From an uncultured Gammaproteobacteria bacterium (GTDB taxonomy: Bacteria; Patescibacteriota; Microgenomatia; Daviesbacterales; UBA10151): a stretch of 5,526 bases of DNA. The notes under the pieces were generated by a model, which saw only the letters and a list, made by a program, of their open reading frames with translations, was not told the origin of the DNA and ran no database searches. The DNA is taken from positions 6,220 through 11,745 of the forward strand of contig CAZFVS010000028.1 in the NCBI GenBank assembly GCA_964522265.1, written 5' to 3'. The position numbers and the translations under genes were made by a program. Positions 1 through 5,280 of the stretch are shown here, piece after piece (within the stretch, counting starts at the first letter, position 1; every line of letters begins with the position of its first letter).

Positions 1-1
1 G

Positions 2-175
2 ATTATCTCAGGCGGTGATAAAGAAGCGGTCCAAAAAGCTCGTTCAAGAATCACAGCTGCTTTGGTTGGTTTAGCTCTTTTAGCATTAGCGTTATTTATT
101 ACAGTACTTGTAAGCTCACTACTAAATATTGATATCTTAAACCTCGGTACTATTCCAACTCTCAGCGGCAACTAA
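2..175 (+). CDS. C-terminal fragment of a VirB2/TrbC-like (CPR-type T4SS) pilin paralog; the 5' end lies upstream of the window
   Basis: Hand translation of frame 2 is open from base 2 to TAA at 173-175: IISGGDKEAVQKARSRITAALVGLALLALALFITVLVSSLLNIDILNLGTIPTLSGN*. The block SGGD-x4-VQ-x-AR-x3-T-x-A-x-VG plus the following hydrophobic helix aligns position for position with the ORF at 216-518 (about 12 of 23 identical). It is missing from the supplied ORF track because it has no start codon in the window. Confidence 0.6.
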   Translation: MISGGDKEAVQKARSRITAALVGLALLALALFITVLVSSLLNIDILNLGTIPTLSGN

Positions 176-215
176 TCCACTTGCCTCTTTGTAAACCTTG
201 ATGTACTCTTAATCT

Positions 216-518
216 ATGGAAGGACCTGCCGGAATAAAACAGATCCAAGAGTTAATTTTGAGGATTATTAACCTGTCTGTGGGGTTTGTTTTTGTGGTGT
301 TGATATTTGTCCTGGCTGTCGGGGGGATCAAATTTTTAACTTCAGGCGGGGACCAGAAAAACGTCCAGTCTGCCAGGAATTTGATGACCTGGGCGATTGT
401 GGGTATTGTTTTTATGGCTTTGGCCTGGATTATTTTAAATCTAATCGAAGCTTTCACAGGAGTCAAGGTAACCCAGTTTAATTTATGCGTGCTTTTCCCA
501 GGCGGAGCCTGCCCATGA
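216..518 (+). CDS. VirB2/TrbC-like T4SS pilin-family small membrane protein (two-helix hairpin), without an N-terminal leader
   Basis: ORF track, 100 aa. ATG 216 is the first possible start, because an in-frame TAA sits at 210-212. Two hydrophobic helices (LSVGFVFVVLIFVLAVGG and WAIVGIVFMALAWIILNLI) flank GGIKFLTSGGDQKNVQSAR. From memory this is the helix-loop-helix hallmark of the CPR-type T4SS pilin family (Pfam T4SS_pilin, VirB2/TrbC-like). There is no SD upstream and no signal peptide. The C-terminal tail carries C-x7-C (486-512). The TGA stop overlaps the next ATG. Confidence 0.7.
   Translation: MEGPAGIKQIQELILRIINLSVGFVFVVLIFVLAVGGIKFLTSGGDQKNVQSARNLMTWAIVGIVFMALAWIILNLIEAFTGVKVTQFNLCVLFPGGACP
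504..518 (+). promoter_or_regulatory. RBS (GGAG 504-507) plus ATGA stop/start overlap (515-518), consistent with translational coupling of the pilin gene to the downstream secreted-protein gene
   Basis: GGAG lies 7 nt upstream of ATG 515-517. TGA 516-518 terminates the 216-518 ORF, giving a 4-nt ATGA overlap. Confidence 0.6.
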
Positions 519-592
519 TTAGTAAATTTCAAATTTCTTTATTTTTACTTTTTACTTTTTCCTTTTTCCTTTTTCCTTTACATGCTTTTGCC
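515..592 (+). other. Predicted Sec signal peptide (26 aa, cleavage after A-F-A)
   Basis: The n-region contains Lys. The h-region is Phe/Leu-rich. The c-region is HAFA followed by SHC. It is not a lipobox, because the Cys is at +3 and His precedes it. Confidence 0.6.
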
Positions 593-1243
593 AGCCACTG
601 CGATAGTTCCGGCAATTTTGCCTCACTCAACAGCTACTGCGACCCTTCAACCAACACTATCTGGGAAGACCAGGCTGACTGTACTCACTCGGACACAGGC
701 AACACCTGCCCTGTGCCTATCATTCCGCCAGCCCCGCCGCCCTCAGTTATAACACCACTGGCAACAGGTGCCCCAACAGCTTCTATATCTGCATCGGCGC
801 CTGAAAGCCCGGAAGAGGCAGCAATCAAAAATATGGGCAACGGGCTGATGCCGGAAGAGATCCCTCAGGAAAAAGATAACCGTCCCGGGATTATTCAAGC
901 CCTGGGAAATTTTTTTGGTGCCATCGGTGCACTCAAAGACCGGTTATTATCCTTCACCCTGGATTCAGCAGGGCTGAAAGCCTCAGAGGTCCCTGAAAAC
1001 CAGGTCGGGAAAATCAACAATCCCGGGGATGTGATAAATGTTTTTTTGGGGGATGATAAAAATAAGGGGGTTTACAACAACACTTCTCCAGAAGATCAGA
1101 CCCAACCTTCTGGAAAAAATGTGAGAATAGGGCCGGCAGAGATACCGGGGACTGTACCGGCTAACCAGAAAGAACAGTTTTATGAACAGTCGTATTTTCC
1201 TGAAGGCTGCCATCAGATTACCGGTATATGCAAACCGTTTTAA
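515..1243 (+). CDS. Secreted Cys- and Pro-rich protein of unknown function (242 aa from ATG 515), in an operon with pilin and VirB6-like genes
   Basis: The ORF track gives 485-1243, but ATG 515 is preferred. It has the GGAG RBS and the ATGA overlap, and the product then begins directly with a Sec-type signal peptide, MISKFQISLFLLFTFSFFLFPLHAFA|SH. The mature protein has 4 Cys in its first ~40 residues (C-x12-C-x13-C-x8-C). A Pro-rich linker follows, CPVPIIPPAPPPSVITPLATGAPTASISASAPESPEE (about 707-817). The rest is hydrophilic and Gly/Asn/Pro-rich with no TM helix, ending in a C-terminal C-x6-C (1208-1231). I recognise no family. Confidence 0.75.
   Translation: MISKFQISLFLLFTFSFFLFPLHAFASHCDSSGNFASLNSYCDPSTNTIWEDQADCTHSDTGNTCPVPIIPPAPPPSVITPLATGAPTASISASAPESPEEAAIKNMGNGLMPEEIPQEKDNRPGIIQALGNFFGAIGALKDRLLSFTLDSAGLKASEVPENQVGKINNPGDVINVFLGDDKNKGVYNNTSPEDQTQPSGKNVRIGPAEIPGTVPANQKEQFYEQSYFPEGCHQITGICKPF
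542..576 (+). repeat. Five tandem copies of a 7-nt unit TTTTTMC (2 x TTTTTAC, 3 x TTTTTCC) inside the signal-peptide coding region
   Basis: Read directly: 542-548 TTTTTAC, 549-555 TTTTTAC, 556-562 TTTTTCC, 563-569 TTTTTCC, 570-576 TTTTTCC. The unit length is not a multiple of 3. Confidence 0.8.
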
Positions 1244-1294
1244 TTTAAGCGGATGTACTTGCAAAAATCTACAAGTTTGAGGTAGTCTTGAAGT

Positions 1295-1372
1295 ATGTCT
1301 GCCATTGCCCGGTTTTTTGGTATAACGATTATAATAGTTATAACTTTTATACTAACCCAGCCGGTTTTTGCC
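1295..1372 (+). other. Predicted signal peptide or N-terminal anchor (MSAIARFFGITIIIVITFILTQPVFA|QS)
   Basis: An Arg-containing n-region is followed by a 15-residue Ile/Val/Phe core and a V-F-A motif before Gln-Ser. Confidence 0.5.
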
Positions 1373-2995
1373 CAATCCACGCCTACTGCACCAGCCCCTG
1401 CTGCCCCCGCAGCACCCCCCTGGAACGCCCAAAACCAGTCCAATTTCACCTCTGAAACACTCCAGCATGCAATCCTTTGTGACCTGGTATTTATGAGCCC
1501 ATTGGGGAAGTGTGTAGGTTTTGAAAAAGATCCGTCTAAAAAAGGTGGTGTTAAGGTAGGCCTGTACGAGTCGCAGTTCGGTGGGGCGCTGGGAAGTTTG
1601 ACAAATATAACAGTCGCCCTGTATCAACCCCCAACCTCAACAATGTATTACCTGGCTGATGTGGCCAAAGGGTTTGGAATTATCACCCCAGCCTATGCCC
1701 AGGTTACAGGATCCGGGGCAAGTATTATAAAACCTGTTGAAAAACTCTGGGAGGTGATGCGCAATTTTGCTTATCTGGCATTTATTATTATCTTTTTGGC
1801 AATCGGTTTTATGATCATGTTCAGACAAAAATTAAACGCCCAGACAGTACTCACTGTCCAGTCAGCCTTACCCGGGCTGGTGATCAGCTTAATCCTGGTA
1901 TTTTTGAGCTATTTTATTGCAGCCCTTTTAATTGATCTGGCTTTTTTAAGTGTCCAGCTTCTTGCCTGGCTTTTTGTTCAAAACGGGCTGGCAAATTCTT
2001 TTGGTGATATGGCAGGGATACAGAGCCTTGCCCAAAATTCTAATATCTTTGACCTTTTTAAAAATAGCTTCCGGTTGGAAAATTTTGGCGAGGTTACGGG
2101 TGGAGTATCCGGCACTGTAACTTCAATATTTGGCGGATCTGCAGGACCAAATGTTTGGGCTGTTTTAATTCCCGCAATAATAGGTTCGGTGATTGCGTTT
2201 GTTGTTTTCCCCCCTGCCGGCATGACTGTAGCAGCTTTTGCCATTCCTATTGCCGGTGGGGCATTGGTAGGCTCATTAGCACCCCTTATAGTGGGCCTGC
2301 TTGTACCTCTGATATTAATTATTGCCCTGGCTATCCAGTTTTTCAAACTGCTTTTTAAGCTGATTACGTCATATGTGATGCTGCTTGTGACAACAATCCT
2401 GGGGCCTTTGCTGATACTGGTCAGTGCTGTACCGGGTAAAGGTACTACTTTGGGGTTCTGGTGGAAAAACCTGCTGGGTAATGCATTAGTTTTCCCTGCC
2501 GTATTCGGAACTTTTTTGTTCGCAGGGATGATCCTGGCTACTAAACCTGAGAACTGGCAGGCCAGCCCCCCGCTTTTTGGCGGGCTCTCCACTGAACTTT
2601 TAAGGCTGATTATAGCTTACGGAATAATACTGGGCACACCAGCTATACCTGACCTGGTAAAAAAACTGGTAGGAGCAGGAGATCTGGGTGAAATTGGCAA
2701 AACAGGCGCAGCCGGGTTCTTTGCAGGGGTAGGTGCAGGTAAAGGAGGTTTAACTAGATTAGCAAAAATCCCTCTAACTGAACGTAAGGCTTATCAAGAA
2801 GCTCTGTTCAGGCGTGCCACCCAAGCCGGCGCGCCTCCTGTGATGGAACCTAGATGGTATGAGGTATGGAAAATGGGCGTACCCAGACCACAGCGACAGA
2901 TTCAGGAACCGCCTCAAAACCCACAACAAGCAGGTGGTGGTCAGCCAGGTCAAGGAGGTCAAGGTGGGGGTCAACCTCCTGCAGGAAATCCTTAA
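1295..2995 (+). CDS. Polytopic membrane protein, putative VirB6/TrbL-like T4SS channel subunit (566 aa)
   Basis: ORF track. An in-frame TGA at 1289-1291 fixes ATG 1295 as the first possible start. GAGG at 1279-1282 is a rather distant RBS, 12 nt away. The layout runs: signal peptide, Pro/Ala spacer TAPAPAAPAAPP, an extracytoplasmic segment of roughly 130 aa, about 8-9 hydrophobic helices between residues ~155 and ~470, then a hydrophilic tail ending in a Gly/Gln/Pro low-complexity run. Size, topology, tail and position directly after the pilin genes fit VirB6/TrbL-type proteins (Pfam TrbL). The assignment rests on architecture and context, not on a diagnostic motif. Confidence 0.55.
   Translation: MSAIARFFGITIIIVITFILTQPVFAQSTPTAPAPAAPAAPPWNAQNQSNFTSETLQHAILCDLVFMSPLGKCVGFEKDPSKKGGVKVGLYESQFGGALGSLTNITVALYQPPTSTMYYLADVAKGFGIITPAYAQVTGSGASIIKPVEKLWEVMRNFAYLAFIIIFLAIGFMIMFRQKLNAQTVLTVQSALPGLVISLILVFLSYFIAALLIDLAFLSVQLLAWLFVQNGLANSFGDMAGIQSLAQNSNIFDLFKNSFRLENFGEVTGGVSGTVTSIFGGSAGPNVWAVLIPAIIGSVIAFVVFPPAGMTVAAFAIPIAGGALVGSLAPLIVGLLVPLILIIALAIQFFKLLFKLITSYVMLLVTTILGPLLILVSAVPGKGTTLGFWWKNLLGNALVFPAVFGTFLFAGMILATKPENWQASPPLFGGLSTELLRLIIAYGIILGTPAIPDLVKKLVGAGDLGEIGKTGAAGFFAGVGAGKGGLTRLAKIPLTERKAYQEALFRRATQAGAPPVMEPRWYEVWKMGVPRPQRQIQEPPQNPQQAGGGQPGQGGQGGGQPPAGNP
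2891..2992 (+). repeat. Low-complexity Gln/Gly/Pro C-terminal tail (QRQIQEPPQNPQQAGGGQPGQGGQGGGQPPAGNP), including a 9-nt direct repeat GGTCAAGGA/GGTCAAGGT (2948-2965)
   Basis: Read from the translation and the nucleotide sequence. Confidence 0.8.
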
Positions 2996-3001
2996 TACCT
3001 C

Positions 3002-5191
3002 TTATTTATCACTTATTCCTTTTTTTATAATCTCCCAAAGTAATTGTAAAAATCCTGCACCCCAATTAAGTCTTTTAAACGGTATCTGCAACCAATAAGG
3101 AAAAACTTTAAACATTTCATTTAATAATTTTTTGCGCTCTTTTTCACCAATAACATTATCATTATAAGGGGAGAGTTTTTCAATATCATGCGCAAATATT
3201 TCAGGTGAACTTAACCCGTTTTTAAACTGCCACTCTCTCATGCCCCTTGCCCAATCTGCTATTATCTCTTGCCTGAATACTTGAATAGGTATTCTAAACT
3301 CTTTCTCATTAGGATTTAAGTTTTTATTGAAATCTTCATCTTCCTTCCTTTCCTTTAATTTTTTATCCGTGTAATAAACAACAGACATGGGAAAATTAAT
3401 CCCTTTAGATTTAGCTAATGCTTCAACCGTAGGACTATTGGCAAACCCATCCGGGGCAACCAAATAGCTTCTAACTGCTTCAGCATACCCCAAGTCTTTA
3501 AAAACATGCCCTACTAGTACTCCGGCATTCGGATTAGTTAAACCTACCTTAAAATCAACTTGATCCAAAGGACATTCTGACAAATCCCAAATAAAACCTT
3601 CCTCGTCAATACCGGTTTTCTTAGCCTTAGAACCTTCTCTCTTCATCCTTTTATACCACTCCCTTACCTTTATATTCTTTTGACCTGCAGGATATACACC
3701 TTCCAAACTAATCCCTTCAAGGCTTAAAATTTTGCCATCTGAGTCTATTTTGCCGGCTTCTTTTGCTTGTTGATACCACAAAGGAAGTATTAATTCTTGG
3801 TCTGGTTCTTTAGGAATAATAATTATGCTTTCGTGGTTTTTTCTAGCTTGTTTATACCAATCTTCTGATTTACCAGAGGCTTGCTCGGCATCTAAAATAA
3901 CTATCTTATCACCAACCTGTTTCTCGTAATTCCATACCTCCACTATCTTCTTCTTATGTGTTTTAGGATCTATCTCCTCTATCTCAATCTCATTTTTTCT
4001 ACCCCATCCTTTAGCAATTTTATCAAAGTCTCCCAGCCAAAATTTTTCTCCCTTTGCGGATAACAGATCCGGCAGGTGTTGATCAATATGTTTAGCAACT
4101 TCAGGCTTGGCTGTAAGCTCTCCATCTTCTATGGAAGTTTCTATATATCTCCCGGTGTGAAATATTCTTCTTAACCAGAACTCCCCTGAACCTCTACAGG
4201 TGGTATCCAAAAATGCTGCTCTTTCTGAGGTTCTCCACAAATACTCTCCAAACCTAAATCCCATCTCCACAGCCAAATCAAGATCAGGGGTTGTAGAATA
4301 TTGAGATTTTGAAAGCTCTGCTGATTTTTCTTGAAATCCATATTCCTGCTGAAGTCTTTTTCTAAGCTCTTTTTTCATCTCCTCTTTAATATGGCTTAAA
4401 TCAGTATCTTTCATTCTTAATAGGTCATATTTTTTCTGATATTCTTCGAAAATCCTAAAAGCGATTAAAAGTTCCGGTCTTCTAAAAAGTGTCTCAAGGT
4501 GTTCTGCTTTCCATTGTGCTGTATCTCCCATAGCAGATTCAAATTTGTCAGAAGTGGAAAATTTTATGTATTTCTGATACATCAGGGTTATTGCATCAAG
4601 TTCTTTTCTGAGTTCCGGTGAAAGCCTGCTCTGGACCTGGCTTAAAGCTTGCATATCATTTCTGCTTTCAGACACTGTATATGCAATCCTCACCCAAACT
4701 TCCCACATCCAATTTCTTAATGCATCTTTGTGAAGATTGAGGCTCCAATCTTTCTCATGCTCTTTAAGCATGTTTCTAATTTCTAGAGGAATCCTTGCCA
4801 TTCCAAACATCTCTGCCATATCCGTCTGATCTTCATTCCTTCCTTGACTACCACGAGATCTATCAAGAATATCCCGACGTTCTTCAGGGCTCATCTGTGT
4901 AAACCTTTCCAAAAATTCAGCAAACTGTTTAGTGTTTTTATCCTTACCTGCTAGTATATTTAATTCATCTACATCTCTTTGTAGTTCTTCATCAATCAAT
5001 CCTGTTCCGGTTTGGGGTTGTTGTTCTGTTTGGGGCTGAGCAACCTCAGTTGTTTCTTTGGGTCTTTTTCTAACACCTAAATATTCTTCAGGGGTCATTT
5101 TTTTACCTTCATCAAGAGGAGTTGTTGGTGTTGCTGCTTTAGAGCCTGGGCCGTCTGATGCTTCTTCATCCATATATCTTTCTCTGCTCAT
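3002..5191 (-). CDS. Large charged cytoplasmic protein of unknown function (729 aa)
   Basis: This is the longest ORF in the window. ATG (5189-5191 on the plus strand) follows AAGGAG (5197-5202) by 5 nt, and the TAA stop is at 3002-3004. It has no signal peptide or TM helix. It is Lys/Glu/Asp/Arg-rich, with 19 Trp (2.6 percent) and only 2 Cys. The N-terminal ~66 residues are low-complexity acidic/Pro/Thr/Gln. I could identify no catalytic or nucleotide-binding motif with confidence. Confidence 0.85.
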   Translation of the reverse strand: MSRERYMDEEASDGPGSKAATPTTPLDEGKKMTPEEYLGVRKRPKETTEVAQPQTEQQPQTGTGLIDEELQRDVDELNILAGKDKNTKQFAEFLERFTQMSPEERRDILDRSRGSQGRNEDQTDMAEMFGMARIPLEIRNMLKEHEKDWSLNLHKDALRNWMWEVWVRIAYTVSESRNDMQALSQVQSRLSPELRKELDAITLMYQKYIKFSTSDKFESAMGDTAQWKAEHLETLFRRPELLIAFRIFEEYQKKYDLLRMKDTDLSHIKEEMKKELRKRLQQEYGFQEKSAELSKSQYSTTPDLDLAVEMGFRFGEYLWRTSERAAFLDTTCRGSGEFWLRRIFHTGRYIETSIEDGELTAKPEVAKHIDQHLPDLLSAKGEKFWLGDFDKIAKGWGRKNEIEIEEIDPKTHKKKIVEVWNYEKQVGDKIVILDAEQASGKSEDWYKQARKNHESIIIIPKEPDQELILPLWYQQAKEAGKIDSDGKILSLEGISLEGVYPAGQKNIKVREWYKRMKREGSKAKKTGIDEEGFIWDLSECPLDQVDFKVGLTNPNAGVLVGHVFKDLGYAEAVRSYLVAPDGFANSPTVEALAKSKGINFPMSVVYYTDKKLKERKEDEDFNKNLNPNEKEFRIPIQVFRQEIIADWARGMREWQFKNGLSSPEIFAHDIEKLSPYNDNVIGEKERKKLLNEMFKVFPYWLQIPFKRLNWGAGFLQLLWEIIKKGISDK

Positions 5192-5196
5192 AAGTG

Positions 5197-5202
5197 CTCC
5201 TT
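5197..5202 (-). promoter_or_regulatory. Shine-Dalgarno AAGGAG for the 729-aa gene
   Basis: The reverse complement of CTCCTT at 5197-5202 is AAGGAG, with a 5-nt spacer (CACTT) before the ATG. Confidence 0.7.
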
Positions 5203-5216
5203 TCTAACTTATAGTG

Positions 5217-5245
5217 ATTATACCATAACTCTGAGCATGAGTCGA
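5217..5245 (-). promoter_or_regulatory. Putative sigma70-type promoter for the 729-aa gene: -35 TCGACT, 17-nt spacer, extended -10 TGgTATAAT
   Basis: Minus-strand reading gives TCGACT (5245-5240), then catgctcagagttatgg (17 nt, its last three bases TGg being the extended -10 element), then TATAAT (5222-5217). The -10 is a perfect consensus with a TGn extension (5225-5223), and the -35 matches 4 of 6. The predicted TSS lies about 19 nt before the ATG and leaves the RBS in the leader. Confidence 0.5.
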
Positions 5246-5249
5246 CTTT

Positions 5250-5279
5250 AGTGTAGCTTTAATAGAGTAATTTTGTCAA
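5250..5279 (-). promoter_or_regulatory. Second, upstream candidate promoter: perfect -35 TTGACA, 18-nt spacer, -10-like TACACT
   Basis: Minus-strand reading gives TTGACA (5279-5274) immediately after the RHH stop codon, an 18-nt spacer (5273-5256), then TACACT (5255-5250; 4 of 6 to TATAAT). Confidence 0.3.
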
Positions 5280-5280
5280 A

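Noticed and set aside
181-215. A possible promoter (TTGCCT, 17 nt, TACTCT) that would start transcription at about the A of ATG 216. This would make the second pilin mRNA leaderless and explain the missing SD.
   Set aside because: The -10 matches only 3 of 6. The gene is 40 bp behind a same-strand paralog and is more simply co-transcribed. The idea is too speculative to list as a feature.
485-514. The upstream ATG at 485, used in the ORF track as the start of the secreted protein (MRAFPRRSLP extension).
   Set aside because: It would overlap the pilin gene by 34 nt and add a 10-residue extension before the signal peptide. ATG 515 has a GGAG RBS at ideal spacing and the ATGA coupling arrangement.
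209-532. A 107-aa minus-strand ORF overlapping the pilin gene, and the 93-aa ORF at 983-1264 (-) overlapping the secreted-protein gene.
   Set aside because: They are antisense to ORFs with clear family or topological features. I see no RBS, and their composition resembles mirror-frame artefacts.
1-1243. Type IV pilus (T4P) prepilins, sortase-anchored pilins or lipoproteins as alternative identities for the small envelope proteins.
   Set aside because: There is no G|F-x-x-x-E prepilin peptidase motif, no LPXTG sorting signal and no L-x-x-C lipobox. The SGGD loop between two helices fits VirB2/TrbC-type pilins better.
1257-1276. A small hairpin (ACTTG / CAAGT, 10-nt loop) followed by TTT, between the secreted-protein gene and the VirB6-like gene.
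   Set aside because: The stem is only 5 bp and AT-rich, the loop is large and the T-run is short. It is too weak to call an intrinsic terminator or attenuator.
1978-2592. A 204-aa ORF antisense to the VirB6-like gene, together with other ORFs overlapping it (2155-2358 +, 2774-2974 -, 1352-1627 -, 1637-1828 -, 1240-1449 -).
   Set aside because: All lie entirely or largely inside a much longer ORF that has a coherent signal peptide and TM architecture. Their translations are low-complexity and Pro/Gly/Arg-rich, with no start-site signals. These are typical shadow ORFs.
2977-3026. The 10-bp perfect palindrome TCCTGCAGGA (2977-2986), and AGGAA (2984-2988) / TTCCT (3016-3020) followed by a T7 run, considered as a possible bidirectional terminator.
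   Set aside because: The palindrome has no loop, so only about 3 bp could pair. The second pairing is 5 bp with a loop of about 27 nt. Neither would be stable.
2952-3098. A perfect SD-like AAGGAGGT (2952-2959) followed 4 nt later by GTG (2964), which opens a 44-codon frame crossing the convergent junction.
   Set aside because: The SD-like string is a by-product of the GGTCAAGGAGGTCAAGG repeat that encodes the Gly-Gln tail. The small ORF overlaps two well-supported genes and has no independent support.
3866-3889. AEQASGKS (aa 435-442 of the 729-aa protein) matches the Walker A pattern [AG]-x4-G-K-[ST] and follows a beta-like KIVILD.
   Set aside because: This short pattern is frequent by chance. 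The loop is not Gly-rich and is followed by acidic residues (ED). I find no credible Walker B (hhhhDE) at an appropriate distance. It is worth re-testing with a profile search, but I do not call it an ATPase.
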